Source: a virus. From it: 64,000 nt of DNA. The stretch covers positions 30,365 through 94,364 of IMG/VR virus record IMGVR_UViG_3300037961_003440; one strand, 5' to 3'. Shown here piece after piece: positions 21,649 through 31,112 of this stretch. Numbering within the stretch: position 1 is the stretch's first letter; every line of letters begins with the position of its first letter. Position numbers and translations under genes: made by a program. The notes below the pieces were generated by a model. The model worked only from the letters and a program-made list of their open reading frames with translations, was not told where the DNA came from and did no database searches.

Positions 21649-21984
21649 ATTTTAACAGAAACAGGCAAAGCAAAAATAAGAGATTTAATTAGTGCTGAAT
21701 TTAATACAATGAAAATAGGTACAGGTGGAGATAGTACTAATCCTATGGCTACCGATTTAGATTCACCATTAGCAAGTACAACTGCTACAAAAGTTAGTAC
21801 AGGGCAATCGGCATTAGATTTTATAGGTACATTTTCAGGTGCAACAATAGCAGGTCAAACAATTAAAGAAATGGCTATTTTTAATTCAGCAGGTATTATG
21901 TTGAGTAGAGTCAGTTTTAATCCTATTGGCCCATTTACAGCATCAGATTCAATAGAATTGGTTTTTACATTAGAGGTGAATTAA
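21649..21984 (+). CDS. Tail-collar/baseplate-like small protein (probable upstream non-ATG start)
   Basis: ILTETGKAKIRDLI...MKIGTGG...IKEMAIFNSAGIMLSR is typical of tail-collar proteins; frame is open upstream of ATG 21709. Confidence 0.6.
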   Translation: MLTETGKAKIRDLISAEFNTMKIGTGGDSTNPMATDLDSPLASTTATKVSTGQSALDFIGTFSGATIAGQTIKEMAIFNSAGIMLSRVSFNPIGPFTASDSIELVFTLEVN

Positions 21985-21985
21985 A

Positions 21986-24244
21986 ATGGTAGATTATGCA
22001 AATCAAGATAAAATAACATCCTTAAGCGCAGCAAGTACAGATGGAATAACAGATGGTGTAGACCATCTTCATAGCGGTATAATTAAAGTATTGTCAAAAA
22101 TAAATAAAGGTAATTATATTGCAGAATATGGTTCTTCTGTATTTCAACAAATAGCAGGTAGTAGCAGAACCAAATTTAAATTTAATGGTGATATAAAATA
22201 TGTTAGAGATGGAAGAATATATGTTGGTACTCCGACTGAGGTTGAATTAACTTCAGACCCTAATGCGTCAAATGATAGGTATGATTTAATTGTGATTTCA
22301 GGTTCAGCATTAGCAGTTAGAACGGGTAATGATAATTCTACACCCGTTGTACCGGATTTACAAAATGATGATATTCCCGTTGCTTTGATAAAGGTTGTTG
22401 GTGGTTCAAGTGCAAATGCGACAGATAGACATATTCAACTATATGGATATGACAAAACTACTTTTGCTCAATCTATACAAAAGTTATACAACAATGTTGG
22501 TACAGAATCTGCGACATTAGAAGCAAATGGAGATGTATCATTAACAGGTAGTTTAATCGTAGGAAGTAATATTATCAAAGCATCAGACTCAGGAAGCACA
22601 ATTACGATGGACACCAACGATAATGTAACCATTGGGAACAACTTAACAGTAGGGAATGACTTAACTTTAGGAAATAATGTAATTAGAGCATCCGATGGAG
22701 GAACAGTAATTACAACAGATACAAGTAGTAATGCAACTATCATTAATAACTTAACAGTAGGTGGCGATTTACTTGGGCCGGTTAATGGTACATTTAATAT
22801 TGCTTCAATGCAAAGTATGGTGTTTAAAGTAGATACTCAAAATAATCGTAATGATACTTGGGCTTTTATGAATGGGGCAGGTGCTACGGTTGTTTCAATT
22901 GATGAAGTAGGTAATGTAAGTATGAACCATTTAGATGTCAAGGGAGGTATTATTGATTCGTCGGTAACAGGAACAATAACTATGCAACAACATACAGTAC
23001 TTAGTAATGGCCTTACTGTTACACCAAGTAGACCAATTACAAATCAAGGTTATAGAGAAACCGTAGCAAGTAAATATATGGCTTTAACGGCTAATTCTAA
23101 TTCAACTTCCGGTACTGTCATTCCTGATGGTAATCCAAATGCTTTACCGATAAATAGTACGGATTATGTTATAAGGCAAAATCTTATGGAAGCGATACAA
23201 TATCCTTTAGATTGCTTAAAAGAAGTATATTATTTAGGTACGAATGAAGATGACCAAGTTGCTATGATTAATACTTTATCAAGCGGTTTATATTCAGGAG
23301 GTTCAAGTGACCCACTTTTTGAAATGAATATAGGTTTAACAGCAACAAATTTTCAAAATAATAATGGGTTATATGGTAGCGGTGGATTTGTATGTTTAGC
23401 AACAGACCCGCTTTCTGGTGGTGTAACGGATTTTGAAAATAGAAAAATTACATTAGTAAATACCAGTAATACACCTGTTTATATATTTACTTATTTAGGT
23501 ATAGGGGAAGAAGGCTTCAATAAAATGATTGCACCGCTTTTTGGTAAGGGTATTTTTACACAAAATAGATTGAGTGGTTTGACAGCCATGAATTGTGTTA
23601 ATTTACAATCTATGCTACATACTCAAATATTAAATACAATAACACAAGCCCCACATAGTCTAACATTTTATACAGGTGGTGGAGGCAGTACACTTAACGT
23701 ACTTGATGCTTATGTTTTAAAACCAACAGAAAGTGTTACATTACAAAACTTTAGCGTTGATACTGAAAATCCTGAAGATGAAATGATGCATCATCATGGA
23801 TTTATGAGTAATCAAATAATCTCTCAATTTTATAATCCACCAATTTCAGGTAATAGTGGGCCGCTTCATTATTGGATGCCTATTGCTAATGCAACAAATA
23901 CTATAACAAGTAAAGTATTGTATAATGGTGTACACGATAGTATATTTCCTCATGTTGCACAATCAGGTTATACAATACATTCAGCAAAAGTAGGCGGTAG
24001 TTCAATTAATTTACCACCTCATGCACCTCAAGGAACACAATATTTTGTTTATGCTGAAACAGCAACTGTTGTAATATGTGCTAATCCAAGTGGAGGACAT
24101 TCAATAGAAACTGCTGGTATTGCTTCACAAGATGTTTTTACTAACTCTACCGCAACAACAACAGGACAATCAGATACATTAGCGGCAGGTGAAATGGCAA
24201 CTTATGTTAAATTGGCTGCTAACAAATGGTTAAAGGTGGGTTGA
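21986..24244 (+). CDS. Tail fibre protein
   Basis: N-terminal NDRYDLIV..PVVP..IPVALIKV anchor; beta-repeat shaft (GNNLTVGNDLTLGNN; IKASDSGSTITMDT and IRASDGGTVITTDT repeats). Confidence 0.7.
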   Translation: MVDYANQDKITSLSAASTDGITDGVDHLHSGIIKVLSKINKGNYIAEYGSSVFQQIAGSSRTKFKFNGDIKYVRDGRIYVGTPTEVELTSDPNASNDRYDLIVISGSALAVRTGNDNSTPVVPDLQNDDIPVALIKVVGGSSANATDRHIQLYGYDKTTFAQSIQKLYNNVGTESATLEANGDVSLTGSLIVGSNIIKASDSGSTITMDTNDNVTIGNNLTVGNDLTLGNNVIRASDGGTVITTDTSSNATIINNLTVGGDLLGPVNGTFNIASMQSMVFKVDTQNNRNDTWAFMNGAGATVVSIDEVGNVSMNHLDVKGGIIDSSVTGTITMQQHTVLSNGLTVTPSRPITNQGYRETVASKYMALTANSNSTSGTVIPDGNPNALPINSTDYVIRQNLMEAIQYPLDCLKEVYYLGTNEDDQVAMINTLSSGLYSGGSSDPLFEMNIGLTATNFQNNNGLYGSGGFVCLATDPLSGGVTDFENRKITLVNTSNTPVYIFTYLGIGEEGFNKMIAPLFGKGIFTQNRLSGLTAMNCVNLQSMLHTQILNTITQAPHSLTFYTGGGGSTLNVLDAYVLKPTESVTLQNFSVDTENPEDEMMHHHGFMSNQIISQFYNPPISGNSGPLHYWMPIANATNTITSKVLYNGVHDSIFPHVAQSGYTIHSAKVGGSSINLPPHAPQGTQYFVYAETATVVICANPSGGHSIETAGIASQDVFTNSTATTTGQSDTLAAGEMATYVKLAANKWLKVG

Positions 24245-24245
24245 T

Positions 24246-25112
24246 ATGGATTTTCTTTTTACTAATTTAAAAAAGGGTACAAAGATTCGTAAAAAAAGAT
24301 TAGCAGGTGGAGGTGGAGGTGGAGGTGCTCAAACACCATCTACTAAATTACCCCCACCAACTAATATACCTATAAATTATCAGTTTTATTTAGGAACACC
24401 CGGTTCTAATGTTTATCCTGCAATTCATTTTACTTTTGTTAGTTTTGCACAAAATACTGTTTCAATAAGTACAGAAAACTTTGATACTTATACAGATATT
24501 ACTTCTATGTCAGTAAATCCACCAACATCAAATCCTAATAATCCAATATCTCTTGTTCCAGAAACGACATATCAACAAGAAATATCAGTACCTGTTGCAA
24601 CTGCTAATTCAAATATGGGTCATTCAGCAGGAATAGAAATAATCATTGGTGCTTTATTTAAGTTTAATCAATCTTATTCTCCTACACATTATTATGATTA
24701 TGAATTAACAATTGTTTCTCAATCATTATCAAACGGTGCAACACTTAATGGTTTTGCAAATAGTAATGTACAAGGGCCAGCATCTACTATTCCTAATACT
24801 ACTAATTGGCCGGCAGGTGGTAAAAGTGGTTGGTTTATAGACCCATTTTTAACACAAAGTAATCAAACACCAGATACAGGTATTTACGGACAAAATTATA
24901 GTTTTATATTTGCTAATCCACCGTCTGTAACTAATGCTAATTGTCCAAGATTATTTATATTATATGGTGGTGGTAAAGGTTCTCAATTACCAATGCAAGT
25001 AGGAGACACATTCACTTTAAATTTAAAGGCTGGGTTAGATTTTAATGCTAATTATCCAAGTTCAACAACACCAATTTTTTATAATCATAGGATAGTGGTT
25101 ACTTTAGTATAG
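24246..25112 (+). CDS. Putative receptor-binding/fibre-tip protein
   Basis: Basic N-terminus, poly-Gly linker, beta-rich N/T/P domain. Confidence 0.45.
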   Translation: MDFLFTNLKKGTKIRKKRLAGGGGGGGAQTPSTKLPPPTNIPINYQFYLGTPGSNVYPAIHFTFVSFAQNTVSISTENFDTYTDITSMSVNPPTSNPNNPISLVPETTYQQEISVPVATANSNMGHSAGIEIIIGALFKFNQSYSPTHYYDYELTIVSQSLSNGATLNGFANSNVQGPASTIPNTTNWPAGGKSGWFIDPFLTQSNQTPDTGIYGQNYSFIFANPPSVTNANCPRLFILYGGGKGSQLPMQVGDTFTLNLKAGLDFNANYPSSTTPIFYNHRIVVTLV

Positions 25113-25120
25113 GTGTTATT

Positions 25121-25264
25121 ATGGGTTATTGTTTAGCAAATTATTGTTTTACGGGCTATGAAATAACTATTTTAATAATATTAGAAATATTATTTTGGGC
25201 TGGATTAGGTTTTTTTGGGATGAAAAAGATAAAACGCAAAATTAAAAAAATACCTAAAAATTAA
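25121..25264 (+). CDS. 47-aa single-TM protein with basic tail (holin-like candidate)
   Basis: Not in the ORF track; MGYCLANYCFTGYEITILIILEILFWAGLGFFGMKKIKRKIKKIPKN with AGGTG RBS. Confidence 0.55.
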   Translation: MGYCLANYCFTGYEITILIILEILFWAGLGFFGMKKIKRKIKKIPKN

Positions 25265-25282
25265 AAATTGCGATTTTTGCAT

Positions 25283-25323
25283 AAAAAAAAACGAGGCATG
25301 GCCGAAAAACCGACCATACCCCG
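25283..25323 (-). terminator. Hairpin plus poly-T terminator of the minus-strand replication operon
   Basis: Minus strand CGGGGTATGGTCGG-TTTT-TCGGCCATGCCTCG-T8, at the convergence point. Confidence 0.7.
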
Positions 25324-25344
25324 AAATTTTATACTCAATTTATT

Positions 25345-25950
25345 TTACCAATTTACTTGCAACTCACCAAATATACTTTTTTCTTCATCAAAGTATTTAA
25401 CTACACCATTATCTTGTCCATATTTCCACAAATCATATGTCAATTGTGAATCTTTTAAACAATAATCTACCACATCATCATAATCTCCTGCTTTCCATTT
25501 TACCACAGAATCAATACTACTCATATTTTTCTGGTCATCTATGGTACATTTAACTAAATTATCTAAATGAATTCTTTTACCATGTTCTTTTAATAAATAA
25601 GCACTTGTATCAATACATCTATTTGACTTATCTTCTAAAAATTTTCTTACAATATAAATATCCATAGAATCTCTAAGAACAGGTAAATCAAAAGCGTTAA
25701 TATTATGCCCTAATAGAATTCCTCCTTTTTGGAAATGTTCGTCTAAATCAAATTTAAACTCTCTTAATTCTTTAATTATAACAGTAGTATCTTTTTTTAA
25801 GTCTTTAAGAGGTTCATCTACATATATTACCCCATTATTTCCATCCCATGTTGTAATACAAGCAACTTTGAATAGGTGAGTATTACCCCAACCTCCAATC
25901 TCATAACTTAAGTTTTTAGTTTCTATATCAAACGATAATACATTACTCAT
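25345..25950 (-). CDS. DEDD 3'-5' exonuclease (RNase H-like)
   Basis: FDIETK, GHNINAFDLP, YCLKD = Exo I/II/III motifs. Confidence 0.85.
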   Translation of the reverse strand: MSNVLSFDIETKNLSYEIGGWGNTHLFKVACITTWDGNNGVIYVDEPLKDLKKDTTVIIKELREFKFDLDEHFQKGGILLGHNINAFDLPVLRDSMDIYIVRKFLEDKSNRCIDTSAYLLKEHGKRIHLDNLVKCTIDDQKNMSSIDSVVKWKAGDYDDVVDYCLKDSQLTYDLWKYGQDNGVVKYFDEEKSIFGELQVNW

Positions 25951-27469
25951 CTTCTTTCACCTTTAATTTTACATAAGTCTGTGATTTTCTTAATTCTTCA
26001 AAAATATGTTTTACACTTTGCCAATGACGATAAAATTTATTTCTACCACATTGTTCATTTTTTCTGAAGGATTCAATCATCAACTTCTTATCTACCCAAC
26101 CATCTGTACCATTAACTTTAATCTTTGGGTTCGTTGAGTTATAAGCCGCAATATACATCTTCTCATTATTTTTATCAGAAAACCTTTTTGGTCTTTTCTT
26201 TAGTTTTTCTGTGAACCAACTTGTTATAGAATCAAAAGATTCATCTGTTAATTGTCTACCTTGTTTAATATGCTTTGCTGTAATCTTACTACTTCTTTCT
26301 GATATAGCACATAAAGCGGCCGCAATAGAAATGTTATTAATCATATTCATTAAAAAGGTATTTAGTGCTTCATAAATATTATCATCAAAAGTATTCATAT
26401 ATTTCTTCATACCTCTCCATACATTCTTTAATGCTTTTTGACCATCATCTGTCCATTCAATAACTTTTCTTTTATCTCCATCAACAGCATCTAATCTATC
26501 TTGAACCCATCTATAAGTATTATAAAGCATCTCAGAAAATTCTTCATGATAAACTGCTGAACCATCTTCATCTTCTAAAATTTCTCCAACCATATCAATA
26601 TAATCTTCTTCCATTTGTGCTCTTAAAGATTCAGGTACATCTCTAACATAAAGCCACATTCTTTGGAATACACCTTTTGTTAAAATAACTTTTTCTAATC
26701 CTTCAGGTGGTAATGTCGTAGCCCACAAACTTCTTTGTGAATCAACAACTAAATCTCTACCCCATTCGGTTAGTCTTTTCTTAATTAAATGGCTCTTAGA
26801 ATCTAAACGATTCATAAACTTTTGAAACAGCATAACTGTTTCTTGTTTATGTTGTGATTCTTTAAATATACCAGAATGTTCAAACTCATCAAAAGCAATA
26901 ATACCACTACCATAAAGGCTACCAAAAATGGTTAAATCAATAACTTTAGGTATATCGTATTCGTCATCATCTCTTGCTTGTTGTCTATCATAGTCAGGAT
27001 TATCTACATTTATTTTCATTGTTCCTAATAATGCTTGGTCTGTAAAACTATCAGGATTATTTAATGTAAATTGTCTAACTCCCGATAATGGTAAATTATT
27101 TCTTGTTGTAGGGTATGCGTTAATTAATTCAAAGGTTCTTTCCCATACAGGTTCAAGAAAATCAAACATAGTAGTCTTTCCACTTCTTGAAGTTTGAATC
27201 CAACAGTAATGGATTCTTGGGTCAAGCGTTAGTCTACCAATTGGTACTCTAACTATATCTTTTAATATTTGTCCTAATGTTACAAAATATGACATCGTTG
27301 CTGAATAATCATTGTAAAGAGAAAACTCTCCTACTACATTTTTCCATCTAATAGCATCTTTAGGTAATTCAATTTTCTTTGAGCGTATTACCTCTAAACT
27401 ACTATTATCATTTACTTTTGCTAACGCATCATATAATTCCCATTCATCTACATTTAAATCTTCAGCCAT
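25943..27469 (-). CDS. AAA+ ATPase, candidate MCM-like replicative helicase
   Basis: Walker A SRSGKTT, Walker B IIAFDEFE, arginine-finger-like GVFQR; adjacent to the primase cluster. Confidence 0.6.
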   Translation of the reverse strand: MAEDLNVDEWELYDALAKVNDNSSLEVIRSKKIELPKDAIRWKNVVGEFSLYNDYSATMSYFVTLGQILKDIVRVPIGRLTLDPRIHYCWIQTSRSGKTTMFDFLEPVWERTFELINAYPTTRNNLPLSGVRQFTLNNPDSFTDQALLGTMKINVDNPDYDRQQARDDDEYDIPKVIDLTIFGSLYGSGIIAFDEFEHSGIFKESQHKQETVMLFQKFMNRLDSKSHLIKKRLTEWGRDLVVDSQRSLWATTLPPEGLEKVILTKGVFQRMWLYVRDVPESLRAQMEEDYIDMVGEILEDEDGSAVYHEEFSEMLYNTYRWVQDRLDAVDGDKRKVIEWTDDGQKALKNVWRGMKKYMNTFDDNIYEALNTFLMNMINNISIAAALCAISERSSKITAKHIKQGRQLTDESFDSITSWFTEKLKKRPKRFSDKNNEKMYIAAYNSTNPKIKVNGTDGWVDKKLMIESFRKNEQCGRNKFYRHWQSVKHIFEELRKSQTYVKLKVKEDE

Positions 27470-28152
27470 TAATATCTCACTTCCTTTTCTTCATTTAATG
27501 CCTTTAAAATATTTTCAGCAGTTTTATTTCCTATGCCTTTTATTTTAATAATATCTTTATTATTAGACATTGATATTTCTGCTATACTTCCAAAGGTCTT
27601 TAATAGGGCTTTTGCTTTTTCTACTGAAACACCCTGTATTTCAGAAAGCACATCTACTCTTACATCATCTGTTTTTATTTTCTTAGGTAATTCTTTGTGT
27701 ATAATTAAATTTTTATCTATATGTTCTGTTGTTGCTAATATAATATGAGCCGCAGTTCTATAACTATCTACCCATATAGGTTTTACATCTGTATGTAATG
27801 CTATTGAAGTTAAAGCACCAACAAACATTTTCTTTAGTTTTGTTCTCCATGAGGTTGAATTATAATTTGTTCTATGTAAATATTCTATTGCGTCATCTAA
27901 TGTTCCGTATATTAGTATTATGTTTTTATTGTAAGTTCTATCCATATTATCTAATTGATTAAATATTCTTTTGTTTCTTATAGATTGTAAAAAGTCTGCG
28001 GCTGATTTTGCTTCTATACAACAATCACCAACAATATAATCACCAATCTCTAACCATTTCTTTTCTGTTTCTATTTTTGCTTTTTTTGCTATTGTTTCTA
28101 ATGTTCTACTTAACTGTGAGTTTTCTCTACTATCAATTATTATCATGACCAT
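27469..28152 (-). CDS. XPF/ERCC4 (Hef-like) structure-specific nuclease with HhH2
   Basis: IIDSRE, LEIGDY, IEAKSAADF, C-terminal IKGIGNKTA. Confidence 0.9.
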   Translation of the reverse strand: MVMIIIDSRENSQLSRTLETIAKKAKIETEKKWLEIGDYIVGDCCIEAKSAADFLQSIRNKRIFNQLDNMDRTYNKNIILIYGTLDDAIEYLHRTNYNSTSWRTKLKKMFVGALTSIALHTDVKPIWVDSYRTAAHIILATTEHIDKNLIIHKELPKKIKTDDVRVDVLSEIQGVSVEKAKALLKTFGSIAEISMSNNKDIIKIKGIGNKTAENILKALNEEKEVRY

Positions 28153-29194
28153 ACCTCCAACACTTTCCTATACAAAGTCCTTCTTCAATTAAAGTATTAC
28201 AATTAGGTGACATATATCTTCCATCTACAATAAAACTAACGTGTTTTTTTGTTTCACTTGAATTATAATCAATCCATGTATCTTCATTAGAAGCGATTGT
28301 TTTTATTTCATGTTCTATTAATGCCTTAATATCATTTAAAGCATTACCAGATAAATTTCTTGGTTTAATATCTAAGTTTTCTTTTACAATAACAAGTTCA
28401 GATAAAAACTCATTATACCATTGTACTAATAAAACTCTTGCTCTATGATTAGGATTTTCAGCCATTACTGCATTTTTTAAACAAGGTAATATTGGTAAAT
28501 CACCCGGACTATCAACACTATCAATTTCTATATCAGCAGTTTCCATTTTTTTAACTTTAGGCCAATTAACTAATTTATTACCATAATAAATAGGTTTTAT
28601 ATTTCTTTTACCTTTCTGAGAGAGTTTATATATACTGGGCAATCCATTTAATAAATCATCATGTGTAATAGGAATACACCAACGGTTTGCTTTTAAATGA
28701 AAAGTATTTTGTATTCTTCTAAGTCTACTTGTATTAATAACAACAGTATCAAGATAAGGACTTTTATTTACAACATCATAACATATATTAAAAAAGGCTT
28801 TAATTTGTCTAAATGATTTTGCTATATTACCATATACAAATATATGAAATCCTCTACCAGAAAAAGATATATTATGTTTGTAATCTTTTTCTAATAACCA
28901 ATTGTGCATTTTTAATACATCTTGATACAATTCGGGCATGGATTTTTCATTACCATGTGCATCAAAATCTAAAAATATCCTGTCAAGAATAATAGAATAT
29001 TCTAAACCTCTATTACTTGTAAAGTGTTCATAATTATAAACGGATGTAAATAAATTCATTTTACCGTTATACATATTAATAAAGTCTTTATATTCCTTTT
29101 CATTTTTAACTACAATTCTTCCCGCTTCTCTTGCATTATTTCTTAGACTCCCTGCCCACATTTCTCTCGGAAAATACATATTTATCACCTTCAT
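28133..29194 (-). CDS. Archaeo-eukaryotic primase, PriS-PriL(Fe-S) fusion
   Basis: FLDFD, SGRGFH, then LPCL..NHRAR..SPNC...GLCIGKC. Confidence 0.85.
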   Translation of the reverse strand: MKVINMYFPREMWAGSLRNNAREAGRIVVKNEKEYKDFINMYNGKMNLFTSVYNYEHFTSNRGLEYSIILDRIFLDFDAHGNEKSMPELYQDVLKMHNWLLEKDYKHNISFSGRGFHIFVYGNIAKSFRQIKAFFNICYDVVNKSPYLDTVVINTSRLRRIQNTFHLKANRWCIPITHDDLLNGLPSIYKLSQKGKRNIKPIYYGNKLVNWPKVKKMETADIEIDSVDSPGDLPILPCLKNAVMAENPNHRARVLLVQWYNEFLSELVIVKENLDIKPRNLSGNALNDIKALIEHEIKTIASNEDTWIDYNSSETKKHVSFIVDGRYMSPNCNTLIEEGLCIGKCWRYGHDNN

Positions 29195-29267
29195 GTATTG
29201 AACAAAATAAATTATTAGTGTTAGTTAATTCGGCCTTACAGCCTTTAACCTTACACCTTTTACTCAT
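29136..29267 (-). CDS. 43-aa zinc-finger microprotein (C-x4-C...C-x2-H)
   Basis: Not in the track; MSKRCKVKGCKAELTNTNNYFCSIH..., ATGA-coupled to the upstream gene. Confidence 0.5.
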   Translation of the reverse strand: MSKRCKVKGCKAELTNTNNLFCSIHEGDKYVFSERNVGRESKK

Positions 29268-29791
29268 TCCATTCCTCTCTCTTTCAATTCACTATCACTT
29301 AATTGTTTAGTATCTGCTTTTATTCTATCTTTTAAAGTCATTATCTTTTCATTTTCGTTAGAACCGTCTTTAGGTCTTTCCAACTCTCTTTCCAATTCTT
29401 CTTCCATTTCTTTATTAATTTCTTCAATTGGTTCATCATTAAAATTCACCGTCGCTGTTTTTAAATACAAAGATAGTTTTGCGGTAATCCATTCCTCTAC
29501 TCTATCAAATGTTGTATTATATATTGCTTTAGCAAAAGACATTTGACCTTTTGGTAATTCTGTATCACAGATAATATAATATTTAGTTTCTATATCCATG
29601 TCAGATATTAATTCTCTTGCTAATTCTGATACAATATCTTGTTTATTAATAATATCATTTAAAGTCCATTGTCTTTCCATTATTTTATTTTCTATTATAC
29701 CGCTTTCATAAAATGTTTGACCTGCATTATTAGAACCAATCGTCATTTTGACTTCCTCCATCTGCCGCTTCACAATGGTCATAATGTCCAC
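29264..29791 (-). CDS. Hypothetical protein
   Basis: ORF in operon; true start may be downstream. Confidence 0.55.
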   Translation of the reverse strand: MDIMTIVKRQMEEVKMTIGSNNAGQTFYESGIIENKIMERQWTLNDIINKQDIVSELARELISDMDIETKYYIICDTELPKGQMSFAKAIYNTTFDRVEEWITAKLSLYLKTATVNFNDEPIEEINKEMEEELERELERPKDGSNENEKIMTLKDRIKADTKQLSDSELKERGME

Positions 29792-30608
29792 AATGAATAC
29801 ATTTTTTATAGAAATAAGATGCTTTCCATTCTTGTTCTAAATATGATTCAATTAACTTTTCAAATGAAGCCTTAACTGCGGTTTCAGAACGCTTAGAAAC
29901 TTTTTCAGCATATACATAATTACTTGCTGGATAATACCAAGCCCAATGAGTAAAAGGAATATCAGGGTCTAATCCTAATTTTCTAATTTGTTCGGGGTCA
30001 GCATTTTCAAATAGTATTTTATAAAACGCCATTTCTTTTCTCATAACTGTTTTCTTAGTATCTTTCCAAGCACCTGTTTTTAATTCCATAGGTATATATC
30101 CTCCATCTTCAAAAAATAGTCTATCAATAATACCTTGCAAGTGTACTTCAATACCTGATTCAGTAGTGTACTTTGCATCTAACATTATTTCATTTCCAAT
30201 AGGAATAAATGTATCAAGAGTTTCTTCTTGATGACATTCAATAAACCTTTCAGTATTATAAGCAGACATAGCCGTGTATAAATCTTCATAATCTTCTTTA
30301 TCTGTTTCGGGGTAAAGACTTCTAAAATGCTTTTGTAATTTCATAGGTTCTTCTATAAATTCTAACGCATCATCAATCTTTACAATTTTCCAAAACTCTT
30401 CTTGGGCATTATGTACAATTGTACCTTTAATCATAGCAGGACTTGTTTTTTGTTTTATATCGTCAATATATCCATACTTATAATTAAGGTTACAAAAGCC
30501 ATAACTACCAATAGAAGATTTTGTAATCTTTAATATAGGCGGTTTTCCATCTGTATTTCCTTCCCATTTATATGTGTATTCTCCATTTTCTTTTCTCATT
30601 CTAAACAC
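29730..30608 (-). CDS. Cas4-like/PD-(D/E)xK exonuclease
   Basis: KGTIVH, GIIDRL, MELKTG, N-terminal Cys plus C-terminal CxxCxxxxxC. Confidence 0.85.
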   Translation of the reverse strand: MFRMRKENGEYTYKWEGNTDGKPPILKITKSSIGSYGFCNLNYKYGYIDDIKQKTSPAMIKGTIVHNAQEEFWKIVKIDDALEFIEEPMKLQKHFRSLYPETDKEDYEDLYTAMSAYNTERFIECHQEETLDTFIPIGNEIMLDAKYTTESGIEVHLQGIIDRLFFEDGGYIPMELKTGAWKDTKKTVMRKEMAFYKILFENADPEQIRKLGLDPDIPFTHWAWYYPASNYVYAEKVSKRSETAVKASFEKLIESYLEQEWKASYFYKKCIHCGHYDHCEAADGGSQNDDWF

Positions 30609-30637
30609 CTTTTCTATATTTTTATTTGGGAGGATTT

Positions 30638-31111
30638 TTATTTCGCTTTTTTTAGTTCGTCAATTAATTGACTTGCCCCCTGTCGGGTAAGCCCTTCAGG
30701 TATATCTCCACCCAATTTTTTGATATACTTGATTTGATTATCTGTTGGTTCTTTATCTGCATTTTCTTTAGATACTCTTGAAGTAGCACCTTCTAAATTA
30801 GTTCTTAACATAGAAGCAGTAGTTAAATCATGACACGCTTTACATAATTCAACAACATTAGACCTTGCACTAATTAAGTGAAGTAGTCCTTCTTTTTTAC
30901 ATTTATGTTGAGATATTATATGATGCCATTCAGTATATCCATCTTCAGGGGCTTCTAAACAAATACTACAAATGCCTGTTTTAACCCAAAGATTTTCTTC
31001 TTCAAGTTGTAACTTAGCAATTTTTTCTTCAGCCTTGTTATACTTTTCTTCCAACCTATCCATTTCATTCTTCAATTTTTGTATTTCCTTAATATTACTT
31101 TTTTCTCTCAC
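30638..31111 (-). CDS. HNH endonuclease with C-terminal helical module
   Basis: CSIC..EWHHII..NVVELCKACH; tail PTDNQIKYIKKLGG..LTRQGASQLIDELK. Confidence 0.75.
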   Translation of the reverse strand: MREKSNIKEIQKLKNEMDRLEEKYNKAEEKIAKLQLEEENLWVKTGICSICLEAPEDGYTEWHHIISQHKCKKEGLLHLISARSNVVELCKACHDLTTASMLRTNLEGATSRVSKENADKEPTDNQIKYIKKLGGDIPEGLTRQGASQLIDELKKAK

Positions 31112-31112
31112 A

